Positions 16,921 to 26,210 of a stretch of DNA of 64,000 bases are shown piece by piece. Source of the stretch: a virus. The notes under the pieces were generated by a model. The model was not told the DNA's origin, made no database searches, and was given only the letters and a program-made list of their open reading frames with translations. The DNA lies in IMG/VR virus record IMGVR_UViG_3300045988_180675, positions 96,001-160,000 of that record; one strand, 5' to 3'. The translations under genes were made by a program, and so were the position numbers. Numbering within the stretch: the first letter of the stretch is position 1; each line of letters opens with the position of its first letter.

Positions 16921-19090
16921 GTAATAAATGTGCGAGTCCTGTTGTTCTCATGATGCACTTGTTTGAAACAATACCTTTTTCCAAAGCATTCCCTTCTGAA
17001 ATAATGATATTCTTTTGCTTTGCTCTTGTAATTCCAACGTAAACAAGACTTCTTTCTAACATCCCTTTTGGTTTTTGAGGTAGCAATATTAGTGAGGTAT
17101 CGCATTCTGAACCTTGTGATTTGTGGATCGTAATCGCATACGCTAGAGCTATATCTTCCAGATTTTCTCCATATACCTGAAAGATCGTTCCATCATATAA
17201 TTGGATTTCTACAACTGGAGTTATATAGTTTTCAAAATGGAAAATATTCACGATTTTTCCTTCGTCTCCATTCAGATACCCAACCTTATAGTTATTTGAT
17301 AACATAATGACTTTATCACCTTTTGAAAAAGTGGTTTTATTAAACACAATGGATTCTTCTTGCCTAAAGTTCAGCATATTATGTATCTGGTTATTAAGGT
17401 TAAAAGTGCTGACAGGGAACTTTTCTTTTTTGATCGGTGAGTAAAGCTTTATATTGTACTTACTAGCATCTGTAGACTTCATCAAATCGATCGTTATCTG
17501 GTTCATTTCATCTTGGTCCTTAGCTCTGATGATTCTAAATGTATCATCTTCTAATAGATCACATCTTCCTTGTCTGATTCGTATACTATTCTCAATAATG
17601 GCGGAGCCTTCTTGTTGGCGGTAAACATTTGTTAAACGAACAAAAGGTATTTTTTGGGACTTCATAAAATCATGTAATACATTTCCTGCCCCCACAGAAC
17701 CCAACTGGTTTTCATCTCCAACGATTAGTAACATTGAACCCTGTTTGATTCCTGTTAATAACATAGAGCAAAGTTCATTATCTACCATAGAAAATTCATC
17801 AGCAATAATCAAATCATAATCCAATTGGTTATGCTCATTATTGTATTGGATAATTTCATTTTCTCCAAAAGGTCTGATATCAAGTAATTTATGAATCGTT
17901 TTAGCATCATTCCCTGTTACCTGACGAATACGTTTTGCAGCCGTTCCTGTTGGAGCAGTCAATGCGATTTTTGCATTAGGGAACATCTTTCGATAGTAAT
18001 GTAGTAAACCGTTAATAACAGTTGATTTCCCTGTTCCTGGACCGCCTGTTAAAATAGCAATCCCTTCTTTTTGCATGAGCGTAAATGCACGCTTCTGTTG
18101 TTCGTCGTATTTGATTCCGCATTCTTTCTCTATCTCTTCAATAATCGCTTCTTTTGGTTTTATAAAACGTCTATTACTGATTAAACGAACCACATTTTCC
18201 TGAATCTTCTTTTCAAATTCGTAAACTTTTCTATGGTAAACATAGATCTGATTATCAAATACCTCAAACTTAAATTTATCTGGTCTATTTAAGATAATTG
18301 CCAATATGTGTAGTGGGCTTGTTCTGTATCCTATCTTTGTACTTTCTTCGATGTATTCTGCCATTGAGAAAAAATTTGTTAATGTGATACAGGTATCTCC
18401 ACGCCTATCTAACGTGGTAAATACTTCTCGGATCAAAGCATATACCCGAATCGGATCACTGGCTATAAATCCCTGTTTTTTGGCTAAAGATTCTCTTTGT
18501 GCAAAAGTTAATCCTGCTTTAAAAAGTATGTAAGGGTTCTTTTTTACAATAGATAAGGATCTATTTCCATATTTGCTATATATTGATTTGGCTCCAAGAT
18601 AACTTCCCCCAGCAGATGTAATAAAGTCAACAAGTTCTTGCATATCTGAATATTGATTGATTTTATTTACAAAACTTTTGGCAATACTATCATTTATTCG
18701 TGGAATCTTTGCAAGCTGTTCTATGGCATCTGGTGATTTACAAAAAGAAAAAATATCGCCATTGCTTAGGTTTATGATTGCGGAAGCAGCTGCGGTTCCA
18801 ATATTAGAGAATTTTCCACTGCTTAAAAAGGATAATGTTGTAGTGTCATTTTTGCTTAGTGGCTTACACTTGCTTGATATAAAGATGTTTCTACCATTTA
18901 TAACTTCGATATTGCCCTCAAGAAAGACTGGCGTACCAGTATCCAAGTCGGTAGCAATTCCTTTGCATAATACCGTGTTGTATTGAGGGTCTAATGGAAT
19001 CGTTTTATCTTCTGTTGAAACAGAAAAATATGTCATTCCTGATAATTCATCTTTTCTAATGACCTTTTGCAGAACGCCGTAAAACTCCAT
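16910..19090 (-). CDS. RecD2-like SF1B helicase (726 aa)
   Basis: GGPGTGKST, IIADEFSMVD, LIVGDENQLGSVGAG, TIHKSQGSE, YVGITRAKQK. SH3-like segment GDKVIMLSNNY. Confidence 0.85.
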   Translation of the reverse strand: MEFYGVLQKVIRKDELSGMTYFSVSTEDKTIPLDPQYNTVLCKGIATDLDTGTPVFLEGNIEVINGRNIFISSKCKPLSKNDTTTLSFLSSGKFSNIGTAAASAIINLSNGDIFSFCKSPDAIEQLAKIPRINDSIAKSFVNKINQYSDMQELVDFITSAGGSYLGAKSIYSKYGNRSLSIVKKNPYILFKAGLTFAQRESLAKKQGFIASDPIRVYALIREVFTTLDRRGDTCITLTNFFSMAEYIEESTKIGYRTSPLHILAIILNRPDKFKFEVFDNQIYVYHRKVYEFEKKIQENVVRLISNRRFIKPKEAIIEEIEKECGIKYDEQQKRAFTLMQKEGIAILTGGPGTGKSTVINGLLHYYRKMFPNAKIALTAPTGTAAKRIRQVTGNDAKTIHKLLDIRPFGENEIIQYNNEHNQLDYDLIIADEFSMVDNELCSMLLTGIKQGSMLLIVGDENQLGSVGAGNVLHDFMKSQKIPFVRLTNVYRQQEGSAIIENSIRIRQGRCDLLEDDTFRIIRAKDQDEMNQITIDLMKSTDASKYNIKLYSPIKKEKFPVSTFNLNNQIHNMLNFRQEESIVFNKTTFSKGDKVIMLSNNYKVGYLNGDEGKIVNIFHFENYITPVVEIQLYDGTIFQVYGENLEDIALAYAITIHKSQGSECDTSLILLPQKPKGMLERSLVYVGITRAKQKNIIISEGNALEKGIVSNKCIMRTTGLAHLLQRG

Positions 19091-19111
19091 CTAAACCCTC
19101 TCTTTCGTACC

Positions 19112-19138
19112 ATTATCTTAGCATATACTGTTATATAT
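19112..19138 (-). promoter_or_regulatory. type-B promoter, copy B3 (inverted B-box)
   Basis: Minus strand: TTGTAA-N17-TGCTAAGAT(AAT). The spacer contains ATATAACAGTATAT, which is the box in the opposite orientation. Confidence 0.55.
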
Positions 19139-19145
19139 TACAATA

Positions 19146-19175
19146 GAAAAACAGGACTAATCAATGTCGTCCTGT
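19146..19175 (-). terminator. intrinsic terminator overlapping the stop codon
   Basis: Stem ACAGGAC/GTCCTGT with an 11-nt loop, followed by TTTTTC. Confidence 0.65.
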
Positions 19176-21640
19176 TCTTCTTCTGTTTCTTCCTTTTCGC
19201 CTTGTGACTTTGCTAAATGTTCTGAAAACAAATCTACTAACCGAGTATTTCTGATCCGATCTGGATTTTCTAAAGCAAGCTTCAAAGCCTCTTCATTTCC
19301 ATATAAACGGATCTTCTGTTTAGCTCTTGTAATTCCTGTGTATACTAAATTTCTACTCAAGAATGAACCCATGTAAATCAGATTTGGCGGGAGTGCCAAT
19401 AGGATATTCTTGTACTCAGATCCTTGCGATTTGTGAATCGTTAATGCATACGCAAGTTGAAGATGTTGTGCCTTTTCTGGATCCAACCAGAAACGTCGCC
19501 CATCATCTGTTTCAAATCCAATATATTTATCTTCGTAATTGATATCAAAGACATATCCAACGTCACCATTGTAGATTCCTTTTCCGTTCTTTTTGTTTAG
19601 GTGATCATGTCTTGTTCCATATCCATTGACACAATAATATCCATTATCGTATGTGTGATAAGAAAATTCTTCCGTGTTAAAATTGACGGTCATCATAACT
19701 CTGTCGTACAGATATATTTTTTGCCCAGACTCTGTTTTTGTTGGAATTGCCTTGCCCTTATTATCTCCATTATATTTCTCTTGTAATAATTTATTCATTT
19801 CTTTAACAAAAGCATTTGTAGGAGCAAGAATAATTGTCTTCTTTGGATCAAAACCAACCTGATATTTGATATCTTCTGCATCGACTGGATCAATCCCCTC
19901 CATAATAAAGTCGTGGTAATCACTTTCTATTTGATTTACTAATGCCGTATTATCATTTGTTTTTGCTCCCCACATAAAAGAGTTATCTACAAATAAAAGT
20001 TTGTTGATATCGCCTTCATTAACAATATCCCAGTTATTTGCAAGAGATGGAATATCTTTCGCTCTGAAGTTTGTTGTTAATTTGGAACACTTGATACTTG
20101 TCTTCAATATATCCTTTAATATCTGCCCAGCTCCGATTGCTGGCAACTGATCAGGATCGCCAACAAATACAACTTGCATGTTGAATATTCCATCTTCATC
20201 AGTTATGACCTTAAAGAACTTCGCAAGCGTTACGATATCGATCATTGATAATTCATCAATAATCAACATGTTATCATACACGGATTCACTTAAAAATTCT
20301 TCTCCACGTCTAATTTTATTTGTCATAGAAAGCATTGTTGCTGCGTGATATGGGAAGAATTCTTTATCAGTAGGATCTGTTTCATCATATAACTTATCTA
20401 CGTAATATCCACCCTTTTCTTCGATTGCTTCCTTGATTCTGCCAGTTGCTTTACCAGTGAAAGAAGTTAAAATGCTAGGATGGTTAAAATACTGTTGAGC
20501 AATATATGCAATACATGCAACTACAGTGGTTTTTCCTCTTCCTGGACCACCAGTAATTACAGACACTCTATTTTTGAATGCCTCATGGATTGCCGCTCGT
20601 TGCTCTTCACTGAATTTACCACTATGAGTTTTTTCTGCCCATTCATCTATGAATGTATTGACTTCATCTTCATTGTAAACCGTAAGTGGTTCTGAATTTT
20701 TTAAATTGGCTAGAGTCTTTGCTACGAAGTTTTCGGCTTCTGTCAATCTTTTAAATTCTACAATACCACGACTAACGCCATCCTTAATAATCTTCTTTAA
20801 TTCTACATGCTCATGCTTGCCAAGAGTTTTAAAGGATTCTTTTATTGCAGCTGCATCCATTCCAGATAAATATTTTGCAGCTACCTGTTGCCAATTGTGT
20901 AGATTACGAGAATCACTTAAATCAAGGTATGTATCCCCATTACAGAATGAAAGTAATGTTTCTTTTGCTGCAAGCCATATTAAGCCTTCAACACGGATCT
21001 TGTCTTCTGGTTCTCCACCTGAACGACTCCAGATCTGATCTGCCATTGATGGAGTTAAAGAAGTTTCAAAAGATGCTTCAAAAGGATTCTGTTGCAATTT
21101 TAATATTACTTTTTCTCCATAAGTGTCGATCAACTCTTCGATCAATTTCTTTTTTCCAGATAATACAGGGAAAGTTGCGGAAATACTGCTGGTAATATCT
21201 ATAGAATAAAAATATTCTTTAATAGCCTGCTTTTGTTTTTCTCCAATTCCCTTGATCTTCTCGATTTCTTCTGGATCCAATAAAAGCGTTTTAATTGCAG
21301 TTCTTCCTAAGTGTTTGAAGATCTTTTCGGCTGTAACTTCTCCAATACCATCAAAATCTTCACCTGAGAAGAACTTTATAATATCATCTTTAGTATTTGC
21401 ATTAGGAAAAATACCAATAATAGAATATACGTCAGACTTTCCTGCTTCGCTTTTGATTTGATATGCACCTAAAAAAGAACTACCACTTTTTAAATGGTGC
21501 CCACTTGTTCCGTTGACCATTACCTTTTGTGGGAATCTTAGTTTGGTATCTGTCATATTTGCAATACAACCAAACCAACCATCTGGTTTTGGACAATCTT
21601 TATACATTTTTAGGACTTTAAATTCTGCGATATTCAACAT
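19157..21640 (-). CDS. RecD2-like SF1B helicase (827 aa), paralog of 16910..19090
   Basis: GGPGRGKTT, LIIDELSMID, VFVGDPDQLPAIGAG, TIHKSQGSEY, YTGITRAKQK. Confidence 0.85.
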   Translation of the reverse strand: MLNIAEFKVLKMYKDCPKPDGWFGCIANMTDTKLRFPQKVMVNGTSGHHLKSGSSFLGAYQIKSEAGKSDVYSIIGIFPNANTKDDIIKFFSGEDFDGIGEVTAEKIFKHLGRTAIKTLLLDPEEIEKIKGIGEKQKQAIKEYFYSIDITSSISATFPVLSGKKKLIEELIDTYGEKVILKLQQNPFEASFETSLTPSMADQIWSRSGGEPEDKIRVEGLIWLAAKETLLSFCNGDTYLDLSDSRNLHNWQQVAAKYLSGMDAAAIKESFKTLGKHEHVELKKIIKDGVSRGIVEFKRLTEAENFVAKTLANLKNSEPLTVYNEDEVNTFIDEWAEKTHSGKFSEEQRAAIHEAFKNRVSVITGGPGRGKTTVVACIAYIAQQYFNHPSILTSFTGKATGRIKEAIEEKGGYYVDKLYDETDPTDKEFFPYHAATMLSMTNKIRRGEEFLSESVYDNMLIIDELSMIDIVTLAKFFKVITDEDGIFNMQVVFVGDPDQLPAIGAGQILKDILKTSIKCSKLTTNFRAKDIPSLANNWDIVNEGDINKLLFVDNSFMWGAKTNDNTALVNQIESDYHDFIMEGIDPVDAEDIKYQVGFDPKKTIILAPTNAFVKEMNKLLQEKYNGDNKGKAIPTKTESGQKIYLYDRVMMTVNFNTEEFSYHTYDNGYYCVNGYGTRHDHLNKKNGKGIYNGDVGYVFDINYEDKYIGFETDDGRRFWLDPEKAQHLQLAYALTIHKSQGSEYKNILLALPPNLIYMGSFLSRNLVYTGITRAKQKIRLYGNEEALKLALENPDRIRNTRLVDLFSEHLAKSQGEKEETEEEQDDID

Positions 21641-21663
21641 GGTTTTTCCTTTCTACCATATCC

Positions 21664-21687
21664 ATTATATCACATAACAGTATATAT
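21664..21687 (-). promoter_or_regulatory. type-B promoter, copy B4
   Basis: Minus strand: ATATACTGTTATGTGATATAAT. SD GAAAGGA lies 16 nt after the -10. Confidence 0.65.
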
Positions 21688-21702
21688 TAAAAGAAAAGAA
21701 AA

Positions 21703-21725
21703 TAAAAAAAGAGGGTTTATCCCTC
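21703..21725 (-). terminator. intrinsic terminator
   Basis: Hairpin GAGGG-TTTAT-CCCTC, flanked by A and T runs. Confidence 0.75.
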
Positions 21726-21732
21726 TTCTTTT

Positions 21733-23811
21733 TTAAAGATCGTCTGATCCAAAGATATCTCCAATTTCATCAATTGCCAACCCTGATGCTTCAGCTACAG
21801 CTTGCACTGTTTCAGAAACTTCTGGCTGCACATCGAATGATTCTGGAAGTGGATCACTAACAATAGTTAGCTCACTAGCCAATGGTTCTTGAGCTACAGG
21901 AACATTACTTGTCAAGTCTTCCGTATTCTTTTCTTTCTTCTTTGCAGTTGACTTTCTCTTCTTCTTTTCCAAAGCAAGAGCAGCTAAACGATTAAGTTCT
22001 GTAATACTGATTCCTTCTTCATTTAGAAGCTCAACAATATCACTATGATTAACGCATGCGATCATGCACATATCAAACTCGTTTTCGTTTGATTTGATCA
22101 ACTTAATAAGCTTTTCGAAGATTTCCTTATCAAGAACGCTTAACTCATCCATAATCAAGATGTTATATCCTGAAAGCTGACTTAGCATGCTCAATAACAC
22201 AAAGGTTACACAAGCTTTTTCACCACCAGATAATGAGTCAAAAGAAATGTATTGGTTTGTGCCATCTACATCAACCATTACCTTGATACCATTTTCAAAT
22301 ACGAATTTAATATCCATATTTGGGAAAATCGTGCGAGCTTTTTCATTACATGGTGCAGAGAATTCCTGAACATAGAATGAAATAATTGCTTCCTTTACCT
22401 TACCCTTTGGAGCAAATGCAATGCAGAGTGATTCATAAGTCATAAGCTTATTGTTATAAGATGTCAACTTACTTTCGAGTTCTGCCTTCTGTGCCAGAAT
22501 ATTCCAAGTGTTAATCATTGCATTTAATTCTGCAATCTTGGTATTGATCTGGTTGAGATCAACATTGATTGGGGCTGGTTCTGGAGGCATCCCAGGTGTA
22601 TTAGCTGATAATCTATTGATATTATCGGTTAATATTCTCAATTGGTTTTCCAGTGCCTTATCGTTATTGATCTTGTTCAAGATGCCTTCTGTTTCTGTTA
22701 CCTTTGCTTCAGCCATTTTTAATGAAGCTTCTAACTTCATATAGTTCTGACGTAAAACATTGCGTTCTGCTTCCATTTCAGAAAGAATCGGAGTCTTGTC
22801 AGTATGACAAACCAACTTCTTTGATAATGGACAGATCGGTTGAGAAACATTCTTGATCGCTTCTGTGATCATGACTCCATTCTGTTTTGTGATTGCCAAC
22901 TGTTGTGATGTTTGAGAGAGCATCTGCTTTGCTGTAGCCAATTCTCTATTTACAGCTGCAACTTCCTCTTCTGTATGTGGTGTCAATACGCCATACTGGT
23001 TTCGGAAATTTTGCATTGCAAGTTTTGCATCTGCCAACATCTTTTGATGATTTTCTACAGTTTGCTTTGAACGCATGTAGGCGTTTAATTTTGCATTATA
23101 TTCAATAACGCTCTTCTTTGCCTGTTCCAATTGTTCAAGTTCAGCAGGAATTCTATCGGCTGTTACAGCTGGAACTGTTAATTCTCCAAAGCCCTTTAAA
23201 ATCCCCTGCGTCTCTTTAAGCTTCTGCTTGATCATCTTTCTTCTGTCTACAAGTGTATCGTATACAGAATTAAGCATCTCAATACCAAATTCTCCATCTG
23301 GTAACACGGAAGAAAGAACTTCTTTTTCTTCTTCTGTTGCTTCTGAAAACTTAGAAAGAACAATGTTCTTATCTAACTGTTCTGGCAAGTATTTTAATAA
23401 TACTTCACCAAATTGTTGGGACGTTAATCCGTTAAACACTTCGCTACTTGTAGCGATCTTTCCAGTTTCAATATTGATCCCTGGAAATGAGGTTTCTAAC
23501 ATCTGATTGATTGCTGTTAATGAAGCTGCTTTTCCATCTAAATAATAGATAGATTGTCTCTTATCTGCATAACAACGACGACCAAATGTTCTACCATCTT
23601 CTAAGGTCACTGTCACTTCAGCATGATCTTCGCCTGCATGAACAATATCACCAGCAGGTTCAACCCCAGTTAAACCATAAATTAATGCGTTGCGAACGGA
23701 AGTCTTTCCTGAACCGTTTGCTTGACAAAATGCTGTGATTTTGCCTAGATCAAAGGAGTGTGTTCCTTTTAATCCTTGGAAGTTTGTTACTAATAAATTT
23801 TTGATTTTCAT
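21733..23811 (-). CDS. SMC/Rad50/SbcC-like ABC ATPase (692 aa)
   Basis: Walker A QANGSGKTS, ~400-aa coiled-coil middle, signature LSGGEKA, Walker B ILIMDELSVLD. Acidic disordered tail. Confidence 0.75.
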   Translation of the reverse strand: MKIKNLLVTNFQGLKGTHSFDLGKITAFCQANGSGKTSVRNALIYGLTGVEPAGDIVHAGEDHAEVTVTLEDGRTFGRRCYADKRQSIYYLDGKAASLTAINQMLETSFPGINIETGKIATSSEVFNGLTSQQFGEVLLKYLPEQLDKNIVLSKFSEATEEEKEVLSSVLPDGEFGIEMLNSVYDTLVDRRKMIKQKLKETQGILKGFGELTVPAVTADRIPAELEQLEQAKKSVIEYNAKLNAYMRSKQTVENHQKMLADAKLAMQNFRNQYGVLTPHTEEEVAAVNRELATAKQMLSQTSQQLAITKQNGVMITEAIKNVSQPICPLSKKLVCHTDKTPILSEMEAERNVLRQNYMKLEASLKMAEAKVTETEGILNKINNDKALENQLRILTDNINRLSANTPGMPPEPAPINVDLNQINTKIAELNAMINTWNILAQKAELESKLTSYNNKLMTYESLCIAFAPKGKVKEAIISFYVQEFSAPCNEKARTIFPNMDIKFVFENGIKVMVDVDGTNQYISFDSLSGGEKACVTFVLLSMLSQLSGYNILIMDELSVLDKEIFEKLIKLIKSNENEFDMCMIACVNHSDIVELLNEEGISITELNRLAALALEKKKRKSTAKKKEKNTEDLTSNVPVAQEPLASELTIVSDPLPESFDVQPEVSETVQAVAEASGLAIDEIGDIFGSDDL

Positions 23812-23841
23812 ATAATTTTCCTCCTGTTGTGGCTTTTAGCC

Positions 23842-23883
23842 TTATCCATGATCATCAAATATGATACAAAAATATTATGTGAT
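23842..23883 (-). promoter_or_regulatory. type-A promoter/leader cassette, copy A9
   Basis: CATAAT (23874-23879), then 20 nt, then CATATTTGATGATCATGGATAA. GGCT-AAA-AGCC hairpin (23831-23841) abuts the SD. Confidence 0.55.
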
Positions 23884-23894
23884 ATAAGGAGAAA

Positions 23895-23921
23895 CAAAAA
23901 ACAGTAGATATATTCTACTGT
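23895..23921 (-). terminator. intrinsic terminator
   Basis: Hairpin ACAGTAGA-TATAT-TCTACTGT (23901-23921), followed by TTTTTTG. Confidence 0.8.
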
Positions 23922-23931
23922 TAGTTGTTTG

Positions 23932-24717
23932 TTACTCCATTTCGTCAGCTTCTTCTGGCTCTAACTCATTAGCTTCTAAGCTCAAGTCATCTTCTTCTAC
24001 GATTGCAACCTTTTCGTTTTCTGTTGCAACTTCGTGTTCGCTCTTATTTTCAACTTCCATATAGCCAACAATTTCCATATCGTCGATCATAAAGTTTTCA
24101 TAGTGGAACTTTGAACCGTTGACTTCTTTTTCTTTGGAAGTCATTCCACAAATGAGGTTTAAGATTGTTCCATTCTTAATATCTTTCAATAGATCGTTTA
24201 CACGAGTCTTTGTAGAGAACTGTGGATAGAAGAAGAACTTCTTGTTTCGATAGGATTCGTCGCCATCTTCTAAAGAAATGCTAAGACGAACATAGCGACC
24301 ATCCTTTGATGGACGTACATTACGTACAACACCACTTGCATATACATGTAAGAAAGAATCACCATGATAACGGATGCCACCATCAGTACCAAATACTTCT
24401 TTCATGATTGTCTTTGTCTTCTTGATCTTGTCTACTTGAATGTATTGTACATGTCGTGTTAATGATTCTGAACTTTCGTTTGAGAATACAACACGTCTAC
24501 GCTGTACTAAGCCAACGATGTGACCTTCAATATCAACTGTATCTCCTACGACAGTTCCTTCTGGAAGTCCATTTACAACAAATGAGATTACATTATCGAA
24601 GCGTCTTTCTTTACCTCTGATGTAAACCAGAATTGATCTGTATCCGTATGCATTATGACCAACGCTGATTACTCTACCTCTTGCTACTACCTTATTTACC
24701 TTCTTAAATTCTGACAT
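23932..24717 (-). CDS. putative OB-fold ssDNA-binding-like protein with acidic tail (261 aa)
   Basis: N-terminal VVARGRVISVGH...SILVYI...DTVDIEGHIVG beta-rich pattern. C-terminal EEDDLSLEANELEPEEADEME tail as in SSBs. The assignment is inferred. Confidence 0.4.
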   Translation of the reverse strand: MSEFKKVNKVVARGRVISVGHNAYGYRSILVYIRGKERRFDNVISFVVNGLPEGTVVGDTVDIEGHIVGLVQRRRVVFSNESSESLTRHVQYIQVDKIKKTKTIMKEVFGTDGGIRYHGDSFLHVYASGVVRNVRPSKDGRYVRLSISLEDGDESYRNKKFFFYPQFSTKTRVNDLLKDIKNGTILNLICGMTSKEKEVNGSKFHYENFMIDDMEIVGYMEVENKSEHEVATENEKVAIVEEDDLSLEANELEPEEADEME

Positions 24718-24737
24718 TTTTCTTTTCCTCTTTCTTT

Positions 24738-25019
24738 CTAATTGTCTTCTTCAAAGATCATTTCAATATTTCTTCGGTGCGGTACAGTGTCGAATCCGTT
24801 TAGCACTGAAATATGCTTGATGATATGATCATCCTTTAATTCGATATTCTGACTGCCTGTTGCTGATGCATCACTCAGATAAGCTGATCCATTTTCATCG
24901 TTTTTTACACATGCTGTAATAAAGAACGGGATCTTCTCTGAGCGACACTCTTCAATAAAATCTTCTATCTTGAACTTTTTGCAAAGCTCTTTATACTCTT
25001 TTTCTTTATCAAAGTTCAT
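24738..25019 (-). CDS. hypothetical protein (93 aa)
   Basis: ORF overlapping the upstream gene by 11 nt. AAAGGAGGAG lies 13 nt upstream. Confidence 0.55.
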   Translation of the reverse strand: MNFDKEKEYKELCKKFKIEDFIEECRSEKIPFFITACVKNDENGSAYLSDASATGSQNIELKDDHIIKHISVLNGFDTVPHRRNIEMIFEEDN

Positions 25020-25497
25020 TTCTGTTTTCGAACTCCTCCTTTGTTAGATATATTTTCTCCAACTTCCTATGCTTCTCTAACCACTTTTCAATCGCAGAAA
25101 ATGGATATTTGCTTCTGATTTTCGCACACTTCGTTCTATAATGCTTAATTAACTTCACTTCTTCTACAAAAGTTTTGAAATCATTCATGTTGATTTCTAA
25201 ATCTATCTGTTGTGAGGATTTTAACCTTTGCAGTGAAATTTGTAATGCTTCGATTAGCCACAACAACATCTCTGGTCTAGCAATACTGTTGTACATCAGC
25301 AAGGCATCTTTGTTTGGCTCGTGGCAATACTTCCCAACGCCATAGCTATCTTCATGTGTTGCCCAACTCACAAAATGTTCTCTTTGACATGACCACCATC
25401 TATTCTTCTTCTGTCCAAACTTTTCATCAAAAAGATTTGTAATCGAAACGTCATTGGTGAGCATAAACATTGATCTTGCAAAATCTGTTGTATTCAT
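25009..25497 (-). CDS. hypothetical protein (162 aa)
   Basis: ORF with a GAGAGG SD. Confidence 0.55.
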   Translation of the reverse strand: MNTTDFARSMFMLTNDVSITNLFDEKFGQKKNRWWSCQREHFVSWATHEDSYGVGKYCHEPNKDALLMYNSIARPEMLLWLIEALQISLQRLKSSQQIDLEINMNDFKTFVEEVKLIKHYRTKCAKIRSKYPFSAIEKWLEKHRKLEKIYLTKEEFENRNEL

Positions 25498-25500
25498 TTT

Positions 25501-26202
25501 CTAGCCTCTCATATTGTTAAACTGAGAAAAGAAATCATACTCTTCTCCATCTGTTAATGTAGGATCTGGAGCGTTTGCGATATCATCTTCTGAGATTACT
25601 TCACTTGTTTCTTCTACTGCCTTTACTGGAGCAGCTTGAACTACTGTTGGTTCCTGCTTTACAATAGGCTTTTCAACAACTGGTTGTTTAGCTTCATCTT
25701 TATCTTCCGTGCTGTAATCTGGTAACTTTTCAACTCTAACAGGAGCTTTCTTCTTTGGCTTTAAGATATCGTCAATTGTGATACGCTTATTCTTTTTAGG
25801 TTCAAGTAATACAACATTCTCTAAGCCTTCCAGACGTATCAATTTAATGCGTTCTGTCTCCTTCTTGATAGTTGTATCATTTCTTAGAAATACGGCTATC
25901 TGTGGCGTTAAAAGGCATGATCTAACAAGTGTTTTAAAGAATGCTGTACGCCAACCTTCCTTGATTTCTCTTTTGAGAAAATCGACGCTTTGTTTATCCT
26001 TGACTTCGAATAACAAGTGATATGTACGTTTTTTCTCTTTTAGTGTAAATGGAATGGCGTTAGGAACAACAAAGGTAATTTGTTGTCCTCTAACATAATA
26101 TTCCAACGCCTTCTTCATTAGCATTGTAACGGATATTCCATTTGCATTTAATGAAATAAGATCTGCGTCATAATTCTTATAAAGCTTTAATTCAACTCTC
26201 AT
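25501..26202 (-). CDS. hypothetical protein; candidate ParR-like adaptor for the ParM-like ATPase
   Basis: 233 aa, directly downstream of the actin-like gene. Short N-terminal beta-alpha segment (MRVELKLY...), then a low-complexity P/E/K/V tail. The function is positional inference only. Confidence 0.3.
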   Translation of the reverse strand: MRVELKLYKNYDADLISLNANGISVTMLMKKALEYYVRGQQITFVVPNAIPFTLKEKKRTYHLLFEVKDKQSVDFLKREIKEGWRTAFFKTLVRSCLLTPQIAVFLRNDTTIKKETERIKLIRLEGLENVVLLEPKKNKRITIDDILKPKKKAPVRVEKLPDYSTEDKDEAKQPVVEKPIVKQEPTVVQAAPVKAVEETSEVISEDDIANAPDPTLTDGEEYDFFSQFNNMRG

Positions 26203-26210
26203 AGATCACC

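Noticed and set aside
16863-17105. Minus-strand 80-aa ORF overlapping the 3' end of the RecD2-like gene, and similar nested alternative-frame ORFs: 3988..4188, 4207..4455, 13086..13274, 32828..33040, 38564..38764, 39301..39618, 46446..46685, 49472..49822, 52326..52517, 55507..55746, 59500..59727.
   Set aside because: They are out-of-frame overlaps inside well-supported longer genes, with no SD and basic low-complexity translations. The 16863 ATG is part of a promoter -10 element.
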